A stretch of DNA of 37,364 nt from a virus, in UHGV virus genome UHGV-0173475; one strand, given 5' to 3'. Of this stretch, positions 1 to 8,349 are shown piece by piece (the stretch's first letter is position 1; each line of letters starts with the position of its first letter). A program made the translations under genes and the position numbers. The notes under the pieces are model-generated. The model was not told where the DNA came from, ran no database searches, and saw only the letters and a list, made by a program, of their open reading frames with translations.

Positions 1-1333
1 GCCGGTCAATCTCCTGGCGAGAAAACCCCGCATACTCAAGCGCGATCTCAGAATCAGCAAACCACGGGAACGCCGCCACCAGCTTGGAAAGTGAATCAGC
101 CGCCAAAGCAGAGCCTGGCTTCAAGTTCGCGAACTTAGCGCCAATCCCAAAAGCTTCACTAGGCAACTCATCCAGGCCATCCCTTAAAGCTATAACCTTG
201 CGTGCCACCCGCTCCAGCGCGTTAGCGTGCGCCAGGTTAGCGGTGGTAGCCCGCGTGTAAAGTGCGTCCTTAGCGACCCGCATAGCCTCCGCGCTAGAGG
301 GATTATCCTGCACAATCCCCAGCGAGGATACCGGCAGGTCAGTTTCCGCCGCAAACTGCGAGGCATACCAGCGATATTGGTCTAATAGGGGCTGCATGGT
401 CATTTGCGCGAACTGTTGCACATTAGGTGCTTGCCCGTCCTCATCCCGGCTAAAACCGACCCACCGGTCAATCGCCAGGTTCCATTTACCAGACGCGAAA
501 GCATCCTCATCAACCCCGATAGCGGCCATGCGCGGCGCGGTGTAGAACTCCGCTGAAACCTCAGCACGCAGGATGGTTCTCATCGCGTTATCCGTGATAG
601 CCATGACCGGGCGCGAAATCCGAGACCGACCAAACGGGCGCGAAATGTCCGGATCGTAAACAATGGGTTCCGCCATCACCTGCCGGTAAGGATTCACCCG
701 CCTATCCGCGCTCCACGCCCCACCAGGGAGCCTAGTAATCCGGATGGTCACTTCGGGCAGGAAAATATCCGCGATAGTTGGACGCCCGTCCTTATCGGTG
801 TCGATAATTGAGAGCATTCCGTCCATTTCGCGGCGCACCCTATCCCACGTAGCAGCCGAATACTCAGCCGAACGCGCCATAATCAGAATCTCGCCCGGTG
901 CTTCCGGGTTCTCTGCCACTGTAAGGAATGCGCACGAGTGTTTATAGGCGCTGCGTACCGCTTGCGAAAACTCCATCCCGAAGTGATTCCGCTCCAAGAT
1001 AGGGGAGAGCCCAAACGGGTCGGTTACCCCGTCTTTGGATACGAAGCCTTCAAAGATTGACAAATCAGCAAGGGCATCAACGGCTTTGGCCGGCCACCCA
1101 ATCACCGAAGAAATCCGTGCAGCAACCTGTGGAGGGGTCGAGATAAAAAGATTCTTAACCGGAACTTTCCCGTCATAGTAAGACGATCGCAAAAGATTCC
1201 GTGATAGCTTCCGTGCCCATACCTGCCATAGGGCGCGGATCTTATCTGCCTCCAGGGGGCTAACCCCTTTGATGGTTTCCGGAGGGTTAAAAGCTGTCCC
1301 GGCGGTAAGCGCATTCTCAAAAAAGGTCGTCAT
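1..1333 (-). CDS. Portal protein (SPP1 gp6-like), 5' part; continues across the window junction at 37364..37228 (489 aa total)
   Basis: Manual translation from ATG at 1333 (ATGA overlap with terL stop): MTTFFENALTAG...YYDGKVPVKNL...VIGWPAKAVDALADL...; position after terL; absent from the ORF track because it runs off the window. Confidence 0.9.
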   Translation of the reverse strand, partial: MTTFFENALTAGTAFNPPETIKGVSPLEADKIRALWQVWARKLSRNLLRSSYYDGKVPVKNLFISTPPQVAARISSVIGWPAKAVDALADLSIFEGFVSKDGVTDPFGLSPILERNHFGMEFSQAVRSAYKHSCAFLTVAENPEAPGEILIMARSAEYSAATWDRVRREMDGMLSIIDTDKDGRPTIADIFLPEVTIRITRLPGGAWSADRRVNPYRQVMAEPIVYDPDISRPFGRSRISRPVMAITDNAMRTILRAEVSAEFYTAPRMAAIGVDEDAFASGKWNLAIDRWVGFSRDEDGQAPNVQQFAQMTMQPLLDQYRWYASQFAAETDLPVSSLGIVQDNPSSAEAMRVAKDALYTRATTANLAHANALERVARKVIALRDGLDELPSEAFGIGAKFANLKPGSALAADSLSKLVAAFPWFADSEIALEYAGFSRQEIDR

Positions 1334-2781
1334 AGAGCCACCGCCTTTCTGCCGGGACGCCGCCTAGTATTCCTAGATGCCCAAAAAGCGAGAGTCAAAG
1401 CATCTAAACAAATCACGGTGCCCTCCTCACTCCTAGGTGCCCATCCGAAACCACCATCACGCCCAATCGGACGCTTAACCGCGCCCTCAACCTGCTTAAT
1501 GGTTTCCTCTTGCTCAATAGTCGAAATCGTTCTATCCCTAATCGCCTGTTCCAGCATGGAATGAGCAGCGATCAACTGATCCACGCGCGGGCAAATAATC
1601 GCCTTCTTCGGATAACCCGCCTCAATCAACTCATTCACCAACATGCCGGTACCGTATTTGCCGTCAATAGCCACGGCAGCGGTTTGATCTTTCCTATAGA
1701 GTAGGAAATCTTTCAGCCAGCCGGTGCCTTCCCGCATGGACTCCCACCGGATAGCCTCCACATGCGTCTTACCCGTTTTCGGTCGCATCGCCCCGGCAAG
1801 CGCCACCTGCGCACCATCCGCACTGAACTTCACCCCAAACATCACCCGCCCCGTGTCCGGGGTTTGTTCTTCGTTGATGAAAAGCTCGCGCCAATCCACC
1901 AGGTCAATCGCCTTAATACTCGCGCCGCCCTGCCACTGCCCAAGACGCTCCCTAGCAAACCCATCAGGCGACATAGTGCGCTGCTCATCCTGCACCGAAC
2001 CCACCGCCAAACGGATACCCAACGCCGGGTTAGTATCATAAGCCAACTCCCGCCACTGGGTTGCGGCTTTTTCCGGGGTTAAATCATCCGGGATAGAAAA
2101 CTCGCACCACGCGAGCCGCCTATCCCTACCAGAAACCCCTAGACCCCGGGTGCGTTCAAATACCGTGCCAGGAGAGCGCGGCCCCGGCGGGGTACCCGTA
2201 TAGATCTGTTGCGGGTCACGAGAAGGAGCAGAAGAAATCGTAGGGAGTAGCGCTTCGAGTTGTTCATCGGTGAGGTCTTGCGCCTCATCCATCACCAAAT
2301 CATCAACCGTATAACCACGACCAGAACCACGAGACCGAGCAATAAACTCCACCGAAGCACCGTTATTAAGCTCAATAGCCTCCTGGCCATTAGTGCGCCT
2401 AATAGACTTCAGCATCTCGGCCAGCTCAGGAAAAGCCCGCTCATTCTCAAAAAAACCAGCAATCCGCGTGAAAGCCTTCCGGGCTGTTTTCACCTCATGC
2501 GCCGTATGAAGAATCTTACGGCCCTGGATCACCATTTTATAAAGCTCAACCATTTCAAGAACCGCGTTCTTCCCATTCTGGCGGGGAACACTAAGCCCCA
2601 CCCGAGAATGGATAAGCCGCATGTTCTTGTATTCAGCAAACCAATTGTCTAGGCAGGTTTGCTGCCAAGGGTCAGGAGCAAGCCCATATCTAGATGCTAG
2701 GTAGCCGGCGTCTTGCCCAGAAGAAAACTCAAACGGCGCACAAGTGTTAATCCTTGCTGCCTGGTTTCCCTCCCGGCTCAC
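1330..2781 (-). CDS. terL: Terminase large subunit
   Basis: Walker A VPRQNGKN, Walker B LVMDEAQ, motif III YTGTPP, C-terminal nuclease region; 483 aa. Confidence 0.96.
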   Translation of the reverse strand: MSREGNQAARINTCAPFEFSSGQDAGYLASRYGLAPDPWQQTCLDNWFAEYKNMRLIHSRVGLSVPRQNGKNAVLEMVELYKMVIQGRKILHTAHEVKTARKAFTRIAGFFENERAFPELAEMLKSIRRTNGQEAIELNNGASVEFIARSRGSGRGYTVDDLVMDEAQDLTDEQLEALLPTISSAPSRDPQQIYTGTPPGPRSPGTVFERTRGLGVSGRDRRLAWCEFSIPDDLTPEKAATQWRELAYDTNPALGIRLAVGSVQDEQRTMSPDGFARERLGQWQGGASIKAIDLVDWRELFINEEQTPDTGRVMFGVKFSADGAQVALAGAMRPKTGKTHVEAIRWESMREGTGWLKDFLLYRKDQTAAVAIDGKYGTGMLVNELIEAGYPKKAIICPRVDQLIAAHSMLEQAIRDRTISTIEQEETIKQVEGAVKRPIGRDGGFGWAPRSEEGTVICLDALTLAFWASRNTRRRPGRKAVAL

Positions 2782-3176
2782 GCTGCCCCTTTCCGCCTAG
2801 CCTCCCGCCTAGCCTTCAACTCATCAATCGGAGTAGCTTTTTGTTTAACCGGGGCAGGTAGGCTCGCTTGCTTCTTGTCAGTGAAAAACGCACGCCGGTC
2901 ACTGATTTTGAGCGCTACTTCCATAGCCTTCAAATCCCCATCAAGCGCCTGTTTATAAGCCACCTGGTAAAGATTATCGAGCCGTTCCAGCTCAATATCG
3001 ACCAGCTTTTCAGGAAGATTTAGATTGTCTTCTTCCAAAGCTGTGTTCACGTCATGGTGAGCAAGCTGCGGGGAAATCCCCAACGCTTCACCAACCTTGC
3101 GATAGGTTAGCCCCTGCTTGCGGAGCTCTAGCGCCCTTTGGCGGCGCAGAAGAAGATCCATGTTACTATTTCTCAT
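2778..3176 (-). CDS. terS: Terminase small subunit (N-terminal HTH)
   Basis: HTH (ALELRKQGLTYRKVGEALGIS), ELERLD helix, C-terminal TPIDELKARR typical of actinophage TerS; overlaps terL start. Confidence 0.8.
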   Translation of the reverse strand: MRNSNMDLLLRRQRALELRKQGLTYRKVGEALGISPQLAHHDVNTALEEDNLNLPEKLVDIELERLDNLYQVAYKQALDGDLKAMEVALKISDRRAFFTDKKQASLPAPVKQKATPIDELKARREARRKGAA

Positions 3177-3389
3177 AACACCATTTTCCGACTCGAAAAG
3201 CAGGAGTTACCCGCGTGTCGATTTGTGTTTTCAAATTGTCCTGTTTTTTTATCGGGGGGATATTTCCCTAAGCTGCCGGTGGGCTAAACGTGCAGGTGGG
3301 GGGCATTTTACCCTGGGTTTTAGGGTGTTTACGCAGGTAAATGCTCGAGATTTGCTCTATTTATTGTGTTTGTACAGGTCAGAGGGGTT
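3177..3389. other. Non-coding HNH-terS interval, candidate packaging (cos/pac) site region
   Basis: Position between HNH and terS is where cos sites commonly lie; contains G/C runs; exact site not identifiable. Confidence 0.35.
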
Positions 3390-3716
3390 TCACCATTTAG
3401 AAGCGCTGCTCATAGCGCCAGCAGGTGGCGGGGAAGGCTTAGAAACTTTCCCGACCCGCTTGTGGACTTGATTCTTGGCTTTAGATCCTAGTGATTGGTT
3501 GCAGTAGCGGCAGATGATGCGTCCGTTTTGCATAGTGGTTTTCCCGCCTTGGATCACTGGCGTGATGTGGTCTGCTTCGGGACTGTCGGGTTGCTTGCTG
3601 GTTCCCCACGCTAGGGGTGTGCCGCAGATGGGGCAACGGGTTTGCCCTGCATGTCTTGCGCGGTGGATTAAACGGGTGCGCCATTGCCTGTGTTTGGATG
3701 TGCCGGTTCTGCTCAT
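3390..3716 (-). CDS. HNH endonuclease (terminase-associated)
   Basis: CPICG...EADHITPVIQGG...NGRIICRYCN; directly upstream of terS. Confidence 0.92.
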   Translation of the reverse strand: MSRTGTSKHRQWRTRLIHRARHAGQTRCPICGTPLAWGTSKQPDSPEADHITPVIQGGKTTMQNGRIICRYCNQSLGSKAKNQVHKRVGKVSKPSPPPAGAMSSASKW

Positions 3717-3721
3717 AATAC

Positions 3722-3751
3722 TTGCTTTATACTATCTCCATATAGTATAAT
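3722..3751 (+). promoter_or_regulatory. Sigma70-type promoter (TTGCTT-N18-TATAAT) overlapped by inverted repeat TTATACTAT-N6-ATAGTATAA (3727-3750)
   Basis: Read directly from sequence; upstream of the peptide/TM/HTH cassette. Confidence 0.7.
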
Positions 3752-3806
3752 GATAGGGTAAGCCCCGGTAAGGGGGGGGAAGCTAAAAAGAAGAAAGGAG
3801 GGGGCG

Positions 3807-3896
3807 GTGTTAGATAGAACTGACCTGGGAAACCTGTTAGCCCTAGCCGGTCTGCTACTTGCCTTATGGGATCACTTCCATAAAGACGAAAAGTAA
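3807..3896 (+). CDS. 29-aa hydrophobic peptide MLDRTDLGNLLALAGLLLALWDHFHKDEK (type I toxin-like)
   Basis: GTG start preceded by strong RBS GAAAGGAGG; one short hydrophobic helix and a charged tail; below the ORF-track cutoff. Confidence 0.7.
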   Translation: MLDRTDLGNLLALAGLLLALWDHFHKDEK

Positions 3897-3909
3897 GCCG
3901 GGAAGGTCT

Positions 3910-3948
3910 GGCGGGGTCGAAATAGCAGATACCTACTTCGACCCCGCC
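3910..3948. other. Stable stem-loop GGCGGGGTCGAA...TTCGACCCCGCC; possible 5' hairpin of an antisense sRNA
   Basis: Perfect 12-bp inverted repeat with no U-tract; minus-strand extended -10 TGGTAGAAT at 3957-3965 just upstream. Confidence 0.6.
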
Positions 3949-3985
3949 TAGGTCAGATTCTACCAGCCAACACCGCTAAAGAGCC

Positions 3986-4174
3986 ATGAACCGCAAAAAG
4001 TTTAAAGGGCACCTAGGAACCTTGGGGTGCCTTATCGCTATCGGGGGCGCTAACCTAGCCATTACCGACCTGCAGGCAGCCACCTGGAAAACAGTCACCA
4101 TGTGGGCTATCTGGGTCATCGCCATGGGAATATGCCTATACGACCTGAACGCTGGAGGTAAAGACAATGAGTGA
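3986..4174 (+). CDS. Small membrane protein (2 predicted TM helices)
   Basis: 62 aa with two hydrophobic segments; overlaps the next gene. Confidence 0.7.
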   Translation: MNRKKFKGHLGTLGCLIAIGGANLAITDLQAATWKTVTMWAIWVIAMGICLYDLNAGGKDNE

Positions 4175-4373
4175 GACTTTCTTGGCGTTGCGTGATGTGG
4201 CGCGTCTAATCGGTGTCACTCGTGGCACGGCTGCATCTTATAAAGCTAAAGGGATGCTGCCCGAGCCTGACGTAGTGATAGGTCTTGACGACCGGGCGGT
4301 TGCTGGATGGCGTAAGGAAGCAATCATTAAATGGAATGAAGGACGCCCCGGGAAAGGCAATCACGGCCAATAA
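4167..4373 (+). CDS. AlpA/MerR-like HTH transcriptional regulator
   Basis: FLALRDVARLIGVTRGTAASY...LPEPDVVIG...GW...WNEGRPGKG; RBS GGAGG. Confidence 0.8.
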   Translation: MSETFLALRDVARLIGVTRGTAASYKAKGMLPEPDVVIGLDDRAVAGWRKEAIIKWNEGRPGKGNHGQ

Positions 4374-4402
4374 ATACCGTTTTTGGGTGCGCGAAATACG
4401 CC

Positions 4403-5146
4403 CTATGCGTGACAGTATACCAGCTTTTCGCGGATCTGGTTGGCTTTATAAAGGTTATGCCCGGCTTTATCTTTGCGTGTGGTGATCTGGTCACGGTGCG
4501 CCCATTGGCGTAAGCGCTCGGCGGTGAGCCCGGGAAAGATTTGGACGGCTTTTGCGGCTGTGATCCATTGGTTAGAGCGGGCTATGGTTTCCCGGGCTGC
4601 GAGCGCGAACTCTAGGGTGCGCCAAGCTTTAGGACACTCGGGACAGTAAAATAGCCCATCCCAGCCTTTAGCACTATAGCGTTTACGGATTGGGGTCCCG
4701 CATGTGGGGCAGGTGCCATAGATTTCGACGGGTGAGGTTATTTTTTGTACCCGCCTCTTAAGGGTGTCTATGTCTTCGAGCAAGAGGGGTAGGTCTTCAT
4801 CCTCGGTTTCGCTCATGGTGTCTATGGCTTCGTGGAGGGTGCCCCACGTGTCAGCAGGATCTAGCTGGAGGGTTTGGGTTAGGGTTTGTGCCCATGCGTC
4901 TAGGACTCCGCGTATAGCAGGCCAGGTTTTAGCGCCATCTGCCCCTAGATAGGGCTCGTCTAACCATTTTTCAGCGTGGAACGGCAGGTTATAGGGGTCT
5001 CTTCCGCTGGCGCGCCTGGCGTTAGTTGTTCCGGTTTTCATGGTGGCTAGGTCGATTATGCCGGGATAGCGTCCGTCCCAAGCGTGGAGGACGTTTAGGC
5101 AGTGGTGGCCGTGTTTGGGGGTGCCTGGTTTTGGCTGCTGGGGCAT
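4403..5146 (-). CDS. Zn-finger + C-terminal HTH protein (candidate late-gene regulator), 247 aa
   Basis: CPTC...CPEC and C-terminal HTH (WITAAKAVQIFPGLTAERLRQWAHR); start reassigned to ATG 5146 (AAGGA RBS) to avoid overlap with whiB; last gene of the early/middle region. Confidence 0.7.
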   Translation of the reverse strand: MPQQPKPGTPKHGHHCLNVLHAWDGRYPGIIDLATMKTGTTNARRASGRDPYNLPFHAEKWLDEPYLGADGAKTWPAIRGVLDAWAQTLTQTLQLDPADTWGTLHEAIDTMSETEDEDLPLLLEDIDTLKRRVQKITSPVEIYGTCPTCGTPIRKRYSAKGWDGLFYCPECPKAWRTLEFALAARETIARSNQWITAAKAVQIFPGLTAERLRQWAHRDQITTRKDKAGHNLYKANQIREKLVYCHA

Positions 5147-5160
5147 TGGCGATCCTTTTG

Positions 5161-5463
5161 TTATGCGGCTAGGTTGTCTCGGTAGTGCTTTAGCGGGTGC
5201 CCTGCGTAGGGGATATAATTGCTGGGTGCGTCCCATTTGCTGGAGTTGGTGGCGTGGGTTTGCCCTAGGTGGCGGCATTCCTGTTTTACGGGGCAAGCGT
5301 CGCAGAGTGTGCGGATTCTTTCCCACACGTGGCAGTCTTTCCAGTTGCTCGGCTGGTCAGCTAGCAGGTCTATTAGTGCGCGCCCGCCGGGGGTGGCGCA
5401 GGCGGCGTCTAGCGCCCAGGGTTTGGCGGTGTGGGAGGGTGCGCGGTTTTTATGTGCTCGCAT
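5161..5463 (-). CDS. whiB: WhiB-family Fe-S transcription factor (divergent)
   Basis: W..DAAC...CDACPVKQEC four-Cys pattern; the usual G[IV]WGG turn is replaced by IPYAG. Confidence 0.72.
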   Translation of the reverse strand: MRAHKNRAPSHTAKPWALDAACATPGGRALIDLLADQPSNWKDCHVWERIRTLCDACPVKQECRHLGQTHATNSSKWDAPSNYIPYAGHPLKHYRDNLAA

Positions 5464-5987
5464 TATTTGTCTTTCTTTTTTGCTTCGTATGCGGCGGCTA
5501 GGCGGGCTAGTTTTTCGACTTTCTCCGCATACATGGTCAGCTCGGATTCAATGGTTTTATCGAGGTCGATTGCGAGTTTTAGCATGTCGCAGGCTTCGCG
5601 ATAGTCCACCAGATAAGGGGATCCGTGATCGTCCACCTGCCAAGTTTCAACTAGCTTTTCAGGTTCGGCACATGGCACCAGGTCAATCGTATAGCTGTAC
5701 CATTGGCGCACTAGCTCGGTGACGGCTTCGGTATAGCTGAGGGCGTTCTCGCAGTGGGCTTCTATGTGGTCGTATTCGCCGGGGTATGTGGTGATCCTGG
5801 CTATTGCGTTGCCGGTTAGCGTTGCGATCAGGTTACCTAGCAGGCAGGCTAGTTCCCCGATTTCGTGGACATGCCGGGAATAATACCGGGTGGTGTCTTT
5901 GTCATATCGGGATTCTAAAATCCAGCCGATTTCAGCGGTTTTTTTAGCGGCGGTTTTAAGGGATTTTAGGGTATCGACAAGAATCAT
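5463..5987 (-). CDS. Hypothetical helical protein
   Basis: 174-aa ORF translationally coupled to neighbours. Confidence 0.7.
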   Translation of the reverse strand: MILVDTLKSLKTAAKKTAEIGWILESRYDKDTTRYYSRHVHEIGELACLLGNLIATLTGNAIARITTYPGEYDHIEAHCENALSYTEAVTELVRQWYSYTIDLVPCAEPEKLVETWQVDDHGSPYLVDYREACDMLKLAIDLDKTIESELTMYAEKVEKLARLAAAYEAKKKDK

Positions 5988-6283
5988 TTCGCGTTCTCCT
6001 GTGTCGCGTTGATTGTGGCTTGCTCGGCTGTGATGCCGGGGGTGGTTTGGTATTCGGCAAGCGCCCTAGCGGGTAAATCGGGGTTGTCCCAGTCGCACGA
6101 CAAGGTGCTGCCTGTATCTTGTAGGATCCGGCACCAGGTTTCGGAATTGACCGGGGTGGCGGTTTTAGTGACCGGGTCACAGGTGGGCGCGGTCAGGGTG
6201 GCTAGCCCGATGATGATTAGCGCCGCAACTGTGAGGATTAACAGTATTTTCGCCCACGTGGGAGGGTCTAGCGGGTCTCGCAT
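5984..6283 (-). CDS. Membrane-anchored hypothetical protein
   Basis: N-terminal TM helix followed by a small Cys-containing domain; RBS GAGGA. Confidence 0.7.
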   Translation of the reverse strand: MRDPLDPPTWAKILLILTVAALIIIGLATLTAPTCDPVTKTATPVNSETWCRILQDTGSTLSCDWDNPDLPARALAEYQTTPGITAEQATINATQENAK

Positions 6284-6417
6284 TTCTCATCCTCCTCTTT
6301 TTCGATGTCGCCCATTAGGCGGGTCGCTTTTTCTTCGGCTTCGGTGAAGTTTTTAAAAATGGCTGCGATTTCGCGAATTATTTCCTGGGTCTCGGACGGC
6401 GTGTTCTCGGTGCTCAT
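6268..6417 (-). CDS. 49-aa hypothetical protein MSTENTPSETQEIIREIAAIFKNFTEAEEKATRLMGDIEKEEDEKCETR
   Basis: Manual translation; ATGA overlap with the upstream gene, RBS GAGGAG; fills the gap. Confidence 0.6.
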   Translation of the reverse strand: MSTENTPSETQEIIREIAAIFKNFTEAEEKATRLMGDIEKEEDEKCETR

Positions 6418-6743
6418 TTTTGGTTTCTCCTCTTTTTCTCTTGGGTTTTGGTCATTTTTAGAATCCCGACCGGCGTCCCCGCCCTATATAGGTCGATCAC
6501 TTGCTCGGCAGCCGTGACTTGCAAGCTAGAGGCTAGGTAAGCGAGCCAATCTAAGCTCTCTTGAATCTCCGGAAGCCATTCCATGAGTCTCTTGTCGTTG
6601 GATTCGAAAACCTGGCTGTTAAAGTTTTCGCATGCCCGGACATATGTGTCTAGCTGACCTTTTAGGTCTGCTGTGGATCCCACAAGATATTTAGCTGCTT
6701 CTCTCAGATTCGCAATGGCTCTTTTTTGGGTGTCGTCTAGCAT
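6414..6743 (-). CDS. Hypothetical helical-hairpin protein (paralog of 6737..7069)
   Basis: 109 aa, amphipathic helices; gapless similarity to the neighbouring gene. Confidence 0.72.
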   Translation of the reverse strand: MLDDTQKRAIANLREAAKYLVGSTADLKGQLDTYVRACENFNSQVFESNDKRLMEWLPEIQESLDWLAYLASSLQVTAAEQVIDLYRAGTPVGILKMTKTQEKKRRNQK

Positions 6744-7069
6744 TCCTTAGCCTCCTCTTTTTCGCGGTTTTTGGCGCGGGTGGCTAGTTTTTCGAAGGTT
6801 TCCCTGATCGCGTAGATTTCGCTAATGGTGTCGGCGGCGGCTTTTTGTACGTCCAACGCTAGGCGGCATATATAGTCCAGCCGCTCGGTTAGGTTCGGGG
6901 TTTTCTGGATTATTTCCTCATCGGTGAGGTTAATAGCCCAAGCGTTGAAGTCATACCCGGCGGATAATAGGTCTTGTGCGTCTATATCCACGGCGGCGGT
7001 CGCGTCCGCGATAGCGCGGGACTGCACCCGGGCTAATGCCGCAAGCATATAGATTTTATTTGCTGACAT
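6737..7069 (-). CDS. Hypothetical helical-hairpin protein (paralog of 6414..6743)
   Basis: Start reassigned to ATG 7069 (GAGGAGG RBS); 110 aa. Confidence 0.72.
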   Translation of the reverse strand: MSANKIYMLAALARVQSRAIADATAAVDIDAQDLLSAGYDFNAWAINLTDEEIIQKTPNLTERLDYICRLALDVQKAAADTISEIYAIRETFEKLATRAKNREKEEAKEC

Positions 7070-7376
7070 TCCCGGCCTCCTCGCTATTAGCAAGACCACG
7101 GGCTGCGGTGGTTAGCTCAGTCACGTACTGGTCAAGCTCTGCCGCTGTAGCGGATAGCGCCCCGGTTCCAATGCTGAGAAATTTAATGAAATGATCGAGG
7201 GTTTCCGGGTCTTTTACCAGTTGTTTTCGTGAGGCTCCGTACAGGTAGCCCTCAATTATTCCGGTGTGCAAGCTGAGTTCTTCCACCATCTCACGGGCAG
7301 ATCGGAGTTTCCCCTGCGTTTCTCTGAGCGTATTCACGGTATTTAGCAAGGGGTCTGCGAATTCGGGGCTACTCAT
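7056..7376 (-). CDS. Hypothetical helical protein
   Basis: 106 aa, coupled to neighbours. Confidence 0.7.
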   Translation of the reverse strand: MSSPEFADPLLNTVNTLRETQGKLRSAREMVEELSLHTGIIEGYLYGASRKQLVKDPETLDHFIKFLSIGTGALSATAAELDQYVTELTTAARGLANSEEAGNVSK

Positions 7377-7698
7377 TTTCGGGGTCTCCTCTCAGCGCAT
7401 CCCAGATGGTGAATGTTTTGTTAAAACGTCTTTTCAGGTCATGCAAAAATACGGTATATTTGGTGCTCAAATCGCTGATTATGCTTTGAGCCTCGAATAT
7501 CGCGTTAATGTCGGCGCGGATTCCGTGCAGATTGTCGTGGGTGGGGTTTTTGAGTTTTTCTTGTAATTCCCGTAAATCATCGGATGCTTGCATCGCGAAA
7601 TTGCTTACCCCGTCATCCCAGTATTCGAGCTTCTGGGAGATTATCCGGGATTCTGCTTCGGGGATGATCCGGGCGGGGGTCTCGGGCGTGTTAGTCAT
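7369..7698 (-). CDS. Hypothetical helical/coiled-coil protein
   Basis: 109 aa, RBS AAGGA. Confidence 0.7.
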   Translation of the reverse strand: MTNTPETPARIIPEAESRIISQKLEYWDDGVSNFAMQASDDLRELQEKLKNPTHDNLHGIRADINAIFEAQSIISDLSTKYTVFLHDLKRRFNKTFTIWDALRGDPENE

Positions 7699-7710
7699 TA
7701 TTGTGTTCCT

Positions 7711-7914
7711 TTATTTGATGTTTTTCGCAGGGATAATGTTCGGTTCTAGCCACTTGATTAGCGCGGCTTTCTCGATACGGACAACGCGGCCGCGTCTTAC
7801 CGCTGGTAGCCCGTCACGGTAAACCCATTTTCTTAGCGTGTTTTCGGCAACGTTCGCATATTGCGCGGCCTGCTTCATCGTCAGGTAGCGCGGTAACTGA
7901 TCGTCGTCTTTCAT
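7711..7914 (-). CDS. HTH_17 excisionase-like DNA-binding protein
   Basis: YLTMKQAAQYANVAENTLRKWV..GLPAVRRGRVVRI...LIKWL. Confidence 0.85.
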   Translation of the reverse strand: MKDDDQLPRYLTMKQAAQYANVAENTLRKWVYRDGLPAVRRGRVVRIEKAALIKWLEPNIIPAKNIK

Positions 7915-7959
7915 TTTCTTTTCCTTTTATTCGTGGGTTTTATGGGGCTCTCTGTCTTT

Positions 7960-8346
7960 TCAGGAGAACCGGGGATCAGTTTTCTTCTTCTCTTCAATAC
8001 GTTTGAGCCACGCTTCGCGCTCTTTTACAATGGCCGGGGAAAGCCGGCGGAACTCGTAGGATTTGTCAATTACTCGCCCTGTTAAAACGTGCCTAACATA
8101 CCTAGATAATTCGAGAACATCCTGTGCCATTTGCGGGACTGCTTCAACACGTCCAGGGTGATATGAAATTTGTTCTAAGTTGTATTTCAGCACGTTGACT
8201 ATCTGCTTGATCTGGGTCAAGTCTTCTATATTTTCATCAATAGCCTGCCCTATTTCTTCAGCTACTTGGAGGGCTTTTTCTTCAGCCTCTAAGGTGTTCC
8301 CTAGCTCTGAAGCAGGGAGGCAACGAACTTCTATCTTCTTACTCAT
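7960..8346 (-). CDS. Hypothetical helical protein
   Basis: 128-aa ORF with RBS, in operon. Confidence 0.68.
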   Translation of the reverse strand: MSKKIEVRCLPASELGNTLEAEEKALQVAEEIGQAIDENIEDLTQIKQIVNVLKYNLEQISYHPGRVEAVPQMAQDVLELSRYVRHVLTGRVIDKSYEFRRLSPAIVKEREAWLKRIEEKKKTDPRFS

Positions 8347-8349
8347 TTT

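Noticed and set aside
4403..5326. 307-aa ORF as called by the track
   Set aside because: The first 60 codons overlap the WhiB gene in another frame; ATG 5146 with an RBS is the better start
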